This document shows positions 1 to 11,357 of a stretch of DNA of 64,000 nt, piece after piece. The translations under genes and the position numbers were made by a program. The stretch's first letter is position 1, and the number at the start of each line of letters is the position of its first letter. Under the pieces are notes generated by a model, which saw only the letters and a list, made by a program, of their open reading frames with translations, was not told where the DNA came from and searched no databases. Source of the DNA: Diplonema japonicum (lineage: Eukaryota; Protista; Euglenozoa: Diplonemea); contig OZ025708.1 of NCBI GenBank assembly GCA_964019335.1, positions 372,001 to 436,000 on the forward strand. The letters are read 5' to 3'.

Positions 1-298
1 GAAAGATAAGCCTGCAGAAAAGAAGGCTGGCTTCGCGAACAACTTGATGGTATGGAGTAAAAAGAAAATAAAACGACGACACACATTGAAACAGGATAAG
101 CTTGAGATGAGACGAAAAGGCATCCAGGGCAACTCCGGTGATAAGGACAAGGCCAAGGTCAGTGAAGAGAAGAAGATCGAGAAGCCCGAGAAAATTGAGA
201 AGTCCGAGGCACCTAAGCCCCCGATGGCGGCACAGGCGAGTAAATTCGCTGCTGCAAATGATGAAGATACCGCCAGTGACGAATCGGACTGGGATTAA
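1..298 (+). CDS. WASHC1: 3' end of a WASH-like actin nucleation-promoting factor (VCA/acidic tail); 5' part outside the window
   Basis: After removing intron 50-94 (GTATGG..ACAG, 45 nt) it reads ...GFANNLM|DKLEMRRKGIQG...ANDEDTASDESDWD*. This matches the WASH central motif (L..KL.MRRKGISG) and the terminal acidic Trp motif. Confidence 0.65.
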   Translation, partial: KDKPAEKKAGFANNLMVWSKKKIKRRHTLKQDKLEMRRKGIQGNSGDKDKAKVSEEKKIEKPEKIEKSEAPKPPMAAQASKFAAANDEDTASDESDWD

Positions 299-741
299 AA
301 GGGAAATGTGCGCACCGAAAAGTGTTATTTTTTTTTTTCTTCTATTTCTTTTTCCCCTTGCCCGGAAACTTTCTATTTTTTTTTTTTTAAACTGTACGCC
401 CCTTTCCCAGATTTCTTTTTTGAAAACCGTGTGTGGTAACCGACTGTGCTTCCGCCTCTTGGGGGAAGAAAAAGAAAAAAAAGAAAAACGATTTCTATGT
501 TTTTTTTTTTTTGTTTTTTTATGTCTCTGATGTTTTGTGTGTGTCCCACCCCTTTCCCCCCCTTTTCCTTCTTTTTTTTTTTCACACAATTCTGCTTCTT
601 TCCACTTTTTATTATTATTTCTTTTTTTCTCCTTTTTTTTTGTTATTCACTTCCATCCATACTGTATTGAACCAACAACACACACAAAAAAAGGGGGGGG
701 GGGGAATGACAATTAAAGAAAGACGATTCCAGTAAACTTCC

Positions 742-1611
742 ATGGAGTCAAGCATCTTCCCTGCGATCCAACGCAAAACCTGCCTGCTGCAAGGTCTGCA
801 GCTGTTCAGAAGTGCCAGATCTTCTAAAGAGAGCTTCACTGCAAAGTATGAATCGGAGCAGGAAGCTAAACCTGCAAAACTTACATATGAGTTGCTCCGT
901 GAGCGCATCGCGGTGATGGAGAGAAAGAGCACAAGACGCCCGCCACGGAAGTGTGAGGGAATTACAGCAGACGCACTGGCTGCAAGCACAGGTCATTTAC
1001 CCGTAATTTTGAGGCCGAGGAGGGTACCGATCCCCCCCCCGCCTGCTGAGAAGAGGAGCACAGAAAGAAACGACGAAAGACAATTCGTGACAACCGCCTT
1101 GCGCCGCCGCTCTATCGTTAAAGAGCTTCGTAAAGAGGAAAATCTTGCGAAGATAATGCGGAAAAAGTACCTGAAGGCGGCGAGCGAGACGCTTTATTCC
1201 TACTTTTCGATGTTTCTAACGAACACTGAAGCAAAGGAGGCTGTTCACAGGGATGTTATATCCACGCAAGAACACCTCGAAGCTCTCTCGTTAAACCATA
1301 CCTTTAGGCGTTCCCTTTCAAGGTTGTTTTATGACCTCCGCAGCCCGCCGCCTGACGAAGTCCGCCCACATCATTACACCAATCTCGTTCGCCGTGCTAT
1401 GGCCTGCGGTGTGGGCAACCGGGCGGTGGCGGAGGAGGTCGTTTCCGAGGTGCTCCATGTCCTGATGCTGCACCACAACGACGCGGGAGAAGCACCCGTG
1501 CCCTTGTCGCAGGTTCTCTCTGTTCAGATTACCACAGATGAGTACAGCGTGCGGTGGCAGCTTGAGATGGCCGAAAGGATGGCCCGAGATGAAATCGGGC
1601 GGCGACTTTGA
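742..1611 (+). CDS. hypothetical protein (289 aa)
   Basis: Long ORF with coding-like composition between homopolymer spacers; no family recognised. Confidence 0.6.
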   Translation: MESSIFPAIQRKTCLLQGLQLFRSARSSKESFTAKYESEQEAKPAKLTYELLRERIAVMERKSTRRPPRKCEGITADALAASTGHLPVILRPRRVPIPPPPAEKRSTERNDERQFVTTALRRRSIVKELRKEENLAKIMRKKYLKAASETLYSYFSMFLTNTEAKEAVHRDVISTQEHLEALSLNHTFRRSLSRLFYDLRSPPPDEVRPHHYTNLVRRAMACGVGNRAVAEEVVSEVLHVLMLHHNDAGEAPVPLSQVLSVQITTDEYSVRWQLEMAERMARDEIGRRL

Positions 1612-1779
1612 ATTTGATAAGTGAGAGGACTTTCCAGACTTTCTCACCCCCCCCCCCCCCCCCGATCTTTTCAATATTTTTTTCCGTTTAATAGTAGTTC
1701 AAAGAGATTTTTTTTCGTTCTTTTTTTTTGAAAAAAGAAAAGCATTGCAAGGGGATATTTTTCGAGGAGAAAAAAGAAA

Positions 1780-4700
1780 ATGCTCCGGCTGACCACGATT
1801 CAGCCTGTGGCCAGAAGGCACAGGATGATGAGCAGCTTCAGCTCGCTGACACCGCTGACCTTCAGCACTCCGAACCCGATCAAGAAGGTGATGTCTGCGA
1901 ACAGAGGTGAGATCGCGATCAGGGTGTTCCGTGCAGCCGCCGAGATGGGGCTGAAGACAGTGGCGCTGTACTCAAAGGAGGACGCCATGGGTGTGCACAG
2001 GTTGAAGGCCGACGAAGCCTTCCTCATCGGGAAGGGGAAGTCACCGATCGAAGCCTATCTGAACATTGACGAGATCGTGAGGGTGGCGAAGGAACACGAG
2101 GTGGACGCCATCCATCCTGGGTACGGCTTCCTCTCCGAGAGGGCCGACTTCGCCCAGGCAGTTGAAGATGCCGGCATGACGTTCATCGGGCCCACCCCCT
2201 CCATGGTCCAGCAGATGGGAGACAAGCTCGAGGCAAAGAAGGCCGCCCATGCCTGCGGGATCCCCATCGCCGGTGGTGACGAGGGCGCCATTGAGTCCCT
2301 TGACCAAGCACACCATGTCTGCCAGAAGATTGGGTACCCTGTCATCCTGAAAGCAGCGTACGGTGGCGGTGGTAGGGGTATGCGTGTTGTGGAGAGGGAA
2401 GAGGATCTTGATGACAACTTCGAGAGATGCACGTCGGAGGCCTTGAAGTCCTTCGGCGACGGGTCTGTTTTCATCGAGAAGTTCATCAAGAACCCCCGCC
2501 ACATTGAGGTGCAGATCCTTGCTGACAACTACGGCAACGTGGTGCACCTGTTCGAGCGTGACTGCTCCGTGCAGAGGAGGCATCAGAAGGTTATTGAGAT
2601 CGCCCCTGCACCCAACCTCCCGGACGACGTACGTGACAGGATCACCGCTTCCGCCGTGAAGCTCTGCAAGACAGTCGGGTACCGTAACGCCGGTACAGTC
2701 GAGTTCCTTGTCGATCAGAACAACGATTTCTACTTTATCGAGGTCAACCCCAGGCTCCAGGTCGAGCACACCGTCACCGAGGAGATCACTGGGATCGACA
2801 TCGTCCAGTCACAGATCCGAATTGCCGCTGCCGAGTCCCTCCCCGAGCTCGGCCTCACACAGGACGACGTCACCTTCAAGGGCGCGGCCATCCAGGCGCG
2901 TGTCACCACCGAGGACCCTGCCAATGGGTTCCAACCTGATACCGGCAGGCTTGAAGTCTTCAGAACCGGTGAGGGTATGGGTATCCGTCTCGATGGGTGC
3001 AACTACACCGGTGGTGTGATCTCGCCCCACTACGACTCGCTGCTTGTTAAGGTCACCAGCAAGGCGCAGAATCACGACCAGGCGGCGAGGAAGCTCGCTC
3101 GTGCCCTTGAGGAGTTCCGTGTGAGGGGTGTGTCCACGAACATCCCCTTCATCACGTCGACCTTGGGGCACCCTGTGTTCCGCCAAGGGCTCACCGACAC
3201 GTCCTTCATCGACTCGCACCCTGAGCTGCTCGTGCCGTCGACCAGCCTGAACCGTGCGCAGAAGCTGCTGTACTACCTTGCGGACGTCAAGGTCAACGGG
3301 CCCAAGACGCCTTTGGCCACCGCCATCGAGCCTGTGCACACGGAGCCTGTGGCTCCTGAGATCACCGAGGCGGACAGGAAGTACATTGCCGAGAACGGTC
3401 TGAGGTACTTGTTGAAGAACGAAGGTGTCGACGCTTTCCTGAAGAAGGTGAGGGACACACCGGGGACTCTCATCATGGACACCACCATGCGTGACGCCCA
3501 CCAGTCGCTGCTCGCGACCAGGGTCCGCACCCGTGATCTTGTTGCGATCGCCCCGTACACTGCCAAAGCTCTTGCCGAGTCCTCGTACTCCCTTGAGTGC
3601 TGGGGCGGTGCCACTTTCGATGTCTCGCTGAGGTTCCTCAGGGAGTGCCCCTGGGACCGTCTCAGGGAGCTCAGGAAGGCCATCCCGAACATCCCCTTCC
3701 AGATGCTCCTCCGTGGGGCCAACGGTGTCGGCTACACCTCCTACCCTGACAACGCGGTGTACGAGTTCTGCAAGCACGCCGTCGAGGCTGGTATCGACAT
3801 CTTCCGTGTCTTCGACTCCCTCAACTACGTCCCCAACATGGTGCTGGGCATTGACGCAGCTAAGAAGGCTGGTGGTGTGGCCGAAGCTGCCATCTGCTAC
3901 ACCGGTATGCCGACACGACGAATGTCACCAAACAAAAACAAAAAAAACACAAAAGGCGACATCTGCGACCCCAACCGCACCAAGTACACTCTTGAGTACT
4001 ACCTGGACTTCGCTCAGCAGCTCATGGACGCTGGCGCACACTGCCTGTGCGTCAAGGACATGGCTGGTCTGCTGAAGCCCAACTCCGCCAAGTATGGGGA
4101 AAAAAAAAAAAAAAAAAACCGAGCAGGCTGTTGATCTCGGAGCTGAGGAAGAAATTCCCTGACACGGTGATCCACGTGCACACGCACGACACAAGCGGAG
4201 CGGGTGTGGCAGCGATGCTGGCTGCGGCGGAGGCGGGTGCCGATGCGGTGGACGTGGCACTGGACTCGATGAGCGGGATGACATCGCAGCCTTCTCTGGG
4301 CGCGGTGTGCGCCTCGCTCTCGGGGACAGAACTCGACACCAAAATCAACACCGAGGAGACAGGCATCCTGAGCGACTACTGGGAGGCCGCCCGAGGCATG
4401 TACGGCCCCTTCGAGTGCACGGCCACCATGAAGTCCGGCAACAGCGACGTCTACAACCACGAGATCCCGGGCGGGCAGTACACCAACATGCACTTCCAGG
4501 CCTTCTCGCTGGGGCTCAGCGACAAGTGGGGTGACATTAAGAAGGCGTACGCCGCGGCCAACCAATGCCTCGGGGACATCGTGAAGGTGACGCCTAGCAG
4601 CAAGGTGGTCGGCGACCTGGCGCAGTTCATGGTCCAGAACGACCTCAAGACACAGGAGGACGTCATCGCCAACGCTGAAGGGCTGTCCTTCCCATCGTCT

Positions 4701-5420
4701 GTTGTGGAGTACTTCCAGGGCCTCATCGGCCACCCACCTGGCGGCTTCCCCGAACCCCTCAGAACCCTGGTTCTGAAGGGTGCCAAAACATACGAAGGCC
4801 GCCCCGGGTCTGACCTGACCCCTATTGACTTCGGAGCTGTGAAAGCAATGCTGGCGGAGAAGTTCGGGTCCGTGACTGATGACGATGTGCAGTCGTATGT
4901 GATGTACCCCAAGGTGTTCGAGGAGTACAAGTTCTTCAAGCAGGACTACGGGCATGTTTCCAACCTTCCGACTCCGGTGTACTTCTCGGGGTTGAAAGAG
5001 AACTCTGAGATCTCTGTTGACATCCAGAAGGGGAAGACCGTGCATATTAAGTTGAAGACCGTCGGCCCCCTTGACGCCACAGGGCACAGGGAAGTCTACT
5101 TCGAGATGAACGGCCAACCGCGTTCTGTGTACATTGAGTGCAACGAGGCCGTCGACAGCTCTACTGTCAGGGAGAAGGCTGACAAGACTGATGACGGGTC
5201 TATTGGTGCACCCATGCCTGGTGAAGTGGTTCTTGTTAAGGTTGAGAAGGACCAGCAGGTGGTGAAGGGGGATCCGTTGGTGATTCTGTCCGCGATGAAG
5301 ATGGAGACCGTTGTTGGAGCGCCTATCTCCGGCCGTGTTAAGAGGATCACTGCTGACAAGGGAGACCTTGTAAAGGGTGGTGACCTTCTTTTGGAAATTG
5401 AACCCTGGGCAGAGCAGTGA
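1780..5420 (+). CDS. PYC: pyruvate carboxylase, probably mitochondrial
   Basis: Biotin carboxylase motifs ([24 protein letters not shown]), carboxyltransferase motifs ([20 protein letters not shown]) and biotin-attachment AMKM. Arg/Ser-rich N-terminal presequence. Introns 3905-3955 and 4092-4126 restore YTG|DI and AK|LLI. Confidence 0.97.
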
Positions 5421-5423
5421 GTA

Positions 5424-5454
<31 letters not shown>

Positions 5455-6481
5455 TTCCCCCTCTCTCCCCCTCTCTTCATTTTTTTTTGTGTAAAAAAAG
5501 AAGGAAAAAAAAAGTTTTTTTTTTCTGGTGTCGAAAAAAAACGTTGTGGGAAGGGAAGGGGAAAAAAAAAAAAAAAAGGAGAATAGGAAGAAGAAAAAAA
5601 ATTTTTTTTGGTTTTTTTTTTTTTTTTTTTTTTTTTTTTCCACCCCTCCTTCACATGGTTCGCTTTCTATTTTTTTTCTTCTTTTTTTTGATGAAATACG
5701 ATTTTTTTTTTTTTGAACTTCACACCCAGGTTGGCGCGATGGCTTGTAGAGTATTCTGGCAAAGAGAGCGAATTTTAAGAAAAGGGGGGCAAATGGGGGA
5801 AAGAGATGAAACACCACAAGAGAGGAGGGGGTGGAAGGAAATAGGAAATAAAAGGAAGAAACAAAAAAAAAAGAAAAAAAAACCTATCTTCCCCCTCCTG
5901 GTCCTCCCCTCCCTACCCTTGCCTTTTCTCTCTTTCCTTCTTTTCTTTTTGCCTGCAACTCCTTTGCCTGCGGTACCTGTTACTTTTCTTTGAATCTTTT
6001 TTTTTTTTTTAAACCTTTACCCTATAGCATTCATAAAGAAACAAAGCAAGAAAAAAAAAAAGAATTTTTTGCATTTCATAAAATCTTTTTTTTTTTTGCG
6101 CATAAAAAAACAAACGAGCTCTCAAAAAAGAAGAAAAAAAAGGATTTCAAAAGAGAAAAAAAAAAGAAAAGAAAGTAGAAGGGGAAAATCCAATAAGAAA
6201 AAAAAAAAAGAAAGCACCGCAATTTTTTTAAAGAGAAATTCTTTTTGGCGTCCTGCCACATTTTTTTTTCTTTTTTTTTTATAACCCCCCACTCCACATT
6301 CCCCTAAATCCATCCCCCCCCCCCCCCCCCCACTTCTGTACAACAAAAGGGAAAAAAAAAAAATTAAAACTATCAAACATACTTTTTCTTTTCTTTTTTT
6401 TTTTCTTACTTTTTTTTTTAATGTCGTCCGTACGAGGAAGAAAAAAAAAAAAAGGGAAAAAAAAAAAAAGGGAAAAAAAAA

Positions 6482-7348
6482 ATGACCGTGAAAAAGCCAG
6501 CAAGTTACGGTAGTGTGGTGCCGCACATCGGGTGGTTGCTACCTTGGGGGCATTTTGCCCTGGGGTTCGCCGCCATCTTCGGTCTGTTTAACAATTGGGT
6601 GGCGATGCTCGAGATGCTCGGGCAACACTCTTTCGTAATGTTCGTGACCTGGTTCGGCATCGGCCTCGTGGCCCCACAGCTCATCTTCTACACATTCATC
6701 GATCTATACCACTGGGAACCATGGTACCAGCACAAGATTCAAAAGAGAGACGCTCCTTTCTCCGACCACGTAAAAGCATGGAAACGCCTGCTCACAGTAG
6801 TTATCGAGACGATCCCGCAGATATACTTCCTGAGCATGCTGCCAACAGAGGACATGGTGGCTTTTGAGAACATCCCATCTATTTATGTTCAAGGATTTCA
6901 GGTCGCGCTCTGTGCTTTATTTTGGGAGATTCCATTCTACATTTCACACAGAATTCTCCACATACCCTTCCTTTACAGGCACATCCACAAGGTCCACCAT
7001 GAGTATGAGACACCTATCTCTACCATGGGTGTGTATGCACATTGGGTTGAGCATCAGATTTTAGTCGGGCCTGTGATCATGACCCCTTACCTCGCTGGTT
7101 TTCATATGTTCACCGCCACTATCTGGTACTTTGTGGGAATGACTGGGATTATGGGTTTTCACAGTGGGTACACCTTTCCGTGGCACCGTATGGGGCAGAA
7201 GCACAAGTTGCATGATCTGCACCATGAGCTCAACACCGGAAACTTCGGGTTTTTCGGCGGGCTCGATTATCTGATGGGAACCTCGATCGGTGATGTTGAA
7301 GAGGAGAAGAGGAAAAGGAGGGTGAAGGTTCTTGAAAAAAAGAATTAG
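6482..7348 (+). CDS. fatty acid hydroxylase / sterol desaturase family protein (ERG25/ERG3-like)
   Basis: His boxes HRILH, HKVHH and HDLHH, plus GNFG..LDYLMGT and hydrophobic segments. Confidence 0.9.
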   Translation: MTVKKPASYGSVVPHIGWLLPWGHFALGFAAIFGLFNNWVAMLEMLGQHSFVMFVTWFGIGLVAPQLIFYTFIDLYHWEPWYQHKIQKRDAPFSDHVKAWKRLLTVVIETIPQIYFLSMLPTEDMVAFENIPSIYVQGFQVALCALFWEIPFYISHRILHIPFLYRHIHKVHHEYETPISTMGVYAHWVEHQILVGPVIMTPYLAGFHMFTATIWYFVGMTGIMGFHSGYTFPWHRMGQKHKLHDLHHELNTGNFGFFGGLDYLMGTSIGDVEEEKRKRRVKVLEKKN

Positions 7349-7359
7349 ATTATGATTTT

Positions 7360-7364
<5 letters not shown>

Positions 7365-7398
<34 letters not shown>
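7365..7398. repeat. (TA)17 microsatellite
   Basis: Perfect TA repeat read directly. Confidence 0.9.
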
Positions 7399-7416
<18 letters not shown>

Positions 7417-8179
7417 TTTATATTTTTTTTGCTCTCTCTCTTCCTTTTCCTGCCCCCGGTTCGCTGAAAGAAAAAAAAAAATGAATAAAAGAAAAGTGAG
7501 CCATGCACACAGCGAGACACTCGCTGGTTTTTTTTTTTTTTTTTTTTTTTTTTCCGTTTCCCCTCTTCCCTCGTGTATAATAATTTTGAATTCCTGGATG
7601 GGGATGACAATACAAAAAAAAAAAGAGAAAAAAATGAGAAGAAATACAAAGAGAGAAGTTTTTTTTCTTTTCATAATTGGTAATAAGTGCCTCCGTTGAG
7701 CATGAGGTACCCTTAAATCACGCAGAGTAAAGGGGTGGGAGGCTGCAGGGTTTTAACAAGTGAAAAGTGGCAAGCTGTGTAGGTCACCGAACTCCTGTCA
7801 GATGCTCCTTATTTGTTGACGAGACACAGAAGCAACTCCTTTTTTTAAAAAAAGAAATAATCTTTTAGTGTTCTAATTTGAAAAAAGAAAGGGTGGAAAC
7901 AGAGCAACAAAAAGAAATTAAAAAAATGTGAAGGGTGAATACGTGTTTGTAAATGTCTGATAAATAAAAGGAATGAAAAAAAAAAGAAAAAAAAAAGAAG
8001 AAATTTGCTGTAAAAACGAGATTTTTTTTTTTTTTTGAAGCTGGGTTTTTCTTTGTGTCTCTCCTCAGGCTGAGCCGTGTTAGGGGAAAAAGAAAAAGAA
8101 CTCATGCACCACCAAATTCGTTTTACAGTAGGGAAAAAAAAAAACTTCCTCCTCTCTAACTCTTTTTTTTTTTTCCTCA

Positions 8180-8214
<35 letters not shown>

Positions 8215-8583
8215 ACAGCGGGTACAATTTGTCGAAGCTTTGCCTAACGTTGTACTGGGGAGGGGGATATTTACTTCTATTGTTTTCCCTCTCACCCTCC
8301 ACTTCCTCTCCTTTCTCTGGAAGGTATGAAAACTCCCCATGTCCTTGAGAGCTTGCTCCTCATGCAGCGCGTCCTTACATCTCTACACATCTACAGACGT
8401 GCTTTAAAAAAAAAAAACGCCTTCCCCCCCCCCCCCCCCCCCAACCTTCCATTCCTTTTTTTTTTTTTTTTTTTCCCCTGCCGTGCGTCTTTTTTTTAAA
8501 ACTTTTTTTTTTATTCATCCCTTCACCAAAAAAAACAAAAAAAAAAAGGAGGGAAAAGAAAAAAAAAAAAGAAAAAAAAAAAA

Positions 8584-9354
8584 ATGTCGCCCCAACAAAG
8601 CGTTTTTACCATTGCGGAGTTCAATGCAATGAAAGGAGCCTCTGACGAGGAGAAGCTGTTGTCCTTGGCCTTCTCAGCGAAGGATGACATCGAGCATGTA
8701 ATTGAGATCTCAGGGTTCCGCGTGGGCGCCGCGATGCTTACGAGCGAGGGGGTGTACTTAGGTGTTAACCTTGAGGGTGAGGAGATGGGGCTGACCCTTC
8801 ACGCTGAACAGAGTGCAGTTCACAACATGATTTCACACAGAGGGTTGGGGACAGGTGTTGTGATGGTGGGCATCACCGCTGCACCATGCGGGCTGTGCAG
8901 ACAGCTCATGTCAGAGCTACCTGATGCACAAGGGGTCAGAATTATCCTTCCCGACAGTGTTCGATACACCCTTGGAGAGCTCCTACCCAACGCGTTCTCA
9001 CCAAAACTAGTTGACCTACCTCCGTTAGGCCGTGTTGAGTCACCATCATTCGGCCCTTCTCAAAGCTCATGGGCATGCTGTCCTGCCTCTGTCACCCTTG
9101 CCTTCACAAGCGGACGGAAATCTGTTTCCGGTTATTTTCTCGAATCGGTGGCGCATAATGGATCGGTGCCTGCGGTCACGGGGGCGCTTAATGTGTGTCT
9201 TTTGCAGGGTGGTTCTTTGAGTGATGTGGCTTCTGCGACACTCACTGTATTGAAGCAAGAGAAGCCAAAGCTCAATCATCTCGCAACAACGAAGCTTGTG
9301 CTGTCCACATTCTGCCCTCAGTTGAAAGGGGCCGTCGAGGTGGTTGAAGTTTAA
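8584..9354 (+). CDS. cdd: cytidine deaminase, two-domain (E. coli cdd / plant) type
   Basis: ISGFRVGA, GVNLE, zinc motifs HAEQ and PCGLCRQ, LLPNAF, and a second pseudo-domain with G.FLESVAHN.S. Confidence 0.88.
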   Translation: MSPQQSVFTIAEFNAMKGASDEEKLLSLAFSAKDDIEHVIEISGFRVGAAMLTSEGVYLGVNLEGEEMGLTLHAEQSAVHNMISHRGLGTGVVMVGITAAPCGLCRQLMSELPDAQGVRIILPDSVRYTLGELLPNAFSPKLVDLPPLGRVESPSFGPSQSSWACCPASVTLAFTSGRKSVSGYFLESVAHNGSVPAVTGALNVCLLQGGSLSDVASATLTVLKQEKPKLNHLATTKLVLSTFCPQLKGAVEVVEV

Positions 9355-9375
9355 TAAAAATTTTTTTTTGAGGGG

Positions 9376-9407
<32 letters not shown>

Positions 9408-10153
9408 TCGTATAACTAACTGTAACGCTCAGAAGAAAGGAGGATGGAGAGAGAGAGAGGGGGGGGAAAAAAACGAAAATATAAATTTTACAAAAAAAAA
9501 AAAAGGAAAAAAAAAAAATAAATAGAAATAAAAAATGAAGACGAGACACTTTTCTCGCTTTTCTTTCTCTCCTCCCTTTCTTTTTTTTTCCCCCCCTTTC
9601 TTTTCTTTCTATGATGAAGTTATCAAAAAAAAAAAAGAAAAAAGAATGTTTGGCGGCTATGCGTTAAAAATAATCTCTTTTTATTAAGGGAAAAAAGAAA
9701 GTTTGTAACCGTTTGCGCATAAACGAAGAATAACTCGACAATTCGTTTTTTTATTTCTTTTCTTCTTTTTTTTTTATATATTTTTGTGAGAGGCTTTGAT
9801 GGGAGGGCAAAAAAAAAAAAAAAAAAAAGAAACAAGAAAAAAACGTGTACTATCCCCACCCTGCTCACTTAAGAATAACAAAAAAAAAAAAAAAAAAAAA
9901 AAGAGCAGCCTAACATAGCGTACAGTACTTTATCTCAAGGATGTATGCCGTGTGCACAAAGTAAAAAAAGAAGGGGGGGAAAAAAAAATACCGACCCCAA
10001 TTTTATTTTCCGTCTTCGGCGCGAGGACACAAAAATAGCTATTTACTGCCAACAAGTAATGACTTTACCGTTACCTCGATGTTCCGCATTTTACCGTCGA
10101 GGGCTCGCTTTTTCTTCTTTTTCTTTTTTGACTAGGAGCTGTCGCTGTCGCTG

Positions 10154-11166
10154 TCAGGGTTGCAGGCAGGAGTCTGTACTTCCGGGGGCCTGGGTGCGGT
10201 TACTGAACAATGTGCTATTGATGTTTATGATGACTCCGGGTGCGATGTTTTGGATGTTATACGTGGCACCTTCGGAGCCAAACGTAGTGGGTTGAGCATT
10301 GGTAATTGTTGGGCATGTGTTGTCGGTAGCTGGCGGCTGGATCTTGTTCGCGATGGTCTTCACAAGCAGCTTTGATCTGTTTATATAGCTTTCTGCGATA
10401 GAAATCGATTTCCAACCATAGAACTTCATGAGGTCTACAGCTGATGCCCCATTTTCAACGGCTGCTGTTGCTGAAGACCTTCGCAGACTGTGCGAGGTGT
10501 ATGTTTGGGTTTGGCTTCTTCAAGATTACGGCTACTTTTTTAGTCACTTCCCGAACAGTGTTTATCCCTACCCTCTGACGCACGTATCGTTTACCATTTT
10601 GGTGGGATTTGTGCCACAGATGTACTCGTTGAAGGCGTCTTGAGCTGGTCCCTGGGGTATGAAAAGAAGGCTTAGTTCACCTGTGAAACCCCTTTGGTTC
10701 AGGCGAATAAATGGTATCCAGGTGCCGAGGTTGTCGTTTTTAATGTTCGTGAGGAGCAGGGAGTACAGTTCCTCAGAGCGCAGCCCACCGAAAAAACCAG
10801 CAACAAAAAAAAGGCTTTGTATTGAACGAGATAGTTCAAGGGAATGTATTTGTGTTCTTTCAGGGTAAGGAGGGCATCGACATCCTCATTGTTAAAGATG
10901 TTTGCCTTCTTTACAGGCTTCTGGCGTTGTTCTTCAGCTCTTTTGATTAACCTTTTTTGGTCTTGTACTTGCGATGTGGACTGCCTTCAACATGCTGAAG
11001 TAGGTCCACAGAGAAGAGGGACTGATTTCCTCCCTATATGAAGGACAGTTGGAGCCTTCACCCCTGACTTCTCCACCAACTCGGACCAGGCCTTCTCGTA
11101 CCTGGCGCGGCTCTTCACAGGCAGTCTTTCCTGCCAGTCGCGCCTCTCTTTCTGCTGCTTTGGCAT
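10154..11166 (-). pseudogene. tyrosine recombinase (phage-integrase fold) pseudogene with about 5 frameshifts
   Basis: Manual minus-strand translation across frames gives, in order: LPVKSRARYEKAW; SPSSLWTYFSMLK; KKANIFNNEDV; KAFFVAGFFGGLRSEEL (catalytic R); RQRVGINTV; PNP.TYTSHSLRRSSAT (HxxR); LMKFYGWKSISIAESY (W and catalytic Y). Confidence 0.88.
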
Positions 11167-11206
11167 TTGAAACCTAGAGAGTGGAAAAATTAGGCATAAA
11201 AGTGGG

Positions 11207-11346
11207 CAAATTGGGAGGAAAAAGTAGTCCAACTTGGAACTGAGCCGAGGCAAAAGTTGGCCAATTGAGCTGAACCTGGGGGGAAATTGACAAACTGAGA
11301 GGAAAAAGTAGCCCCACTGGGAACCGAACCGAGGCAAAAATTGGCC
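11207..11346. repeat. two imperfect 56-bp direct repeats (11207-11262 and 11291-11346; period 84)
   Basis: caaattgggaggaaaaagtagtccaacttggaactgagccgaggcaaaagttggcc versus caaactgagaggaaaaagtagccccactgggaaccgaaccgaggcaaaaattggcc. Confidence 0.85.
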
Positions 11347-11357
11347 TACCGAGGCAT

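Noticed and set aside
300-740. Many F/K/G/P-rich ORFs in spacers here and throughout the window
   Set aside because: They are translations of T/A/G/C homopolymer runs, not proteins.
4092-4126. Apparent programmed frameshifts or split genes at A-runs
   Set aside because: Each break is explained by a GT-AG intron that restores conserved protein sequence.
2041-5654. Long minus-strand ORFs overlapping pyruvate carboxylase (likewise in GH3 and the giant gene)
   Set aside because: Antisense shadows of GC3-rich coding sequence with no recognisable motifs.
7680-7840. Short complex island, possible ncRNA or exon
   Set aside because: No ORF, box motifs or convincing structure found.
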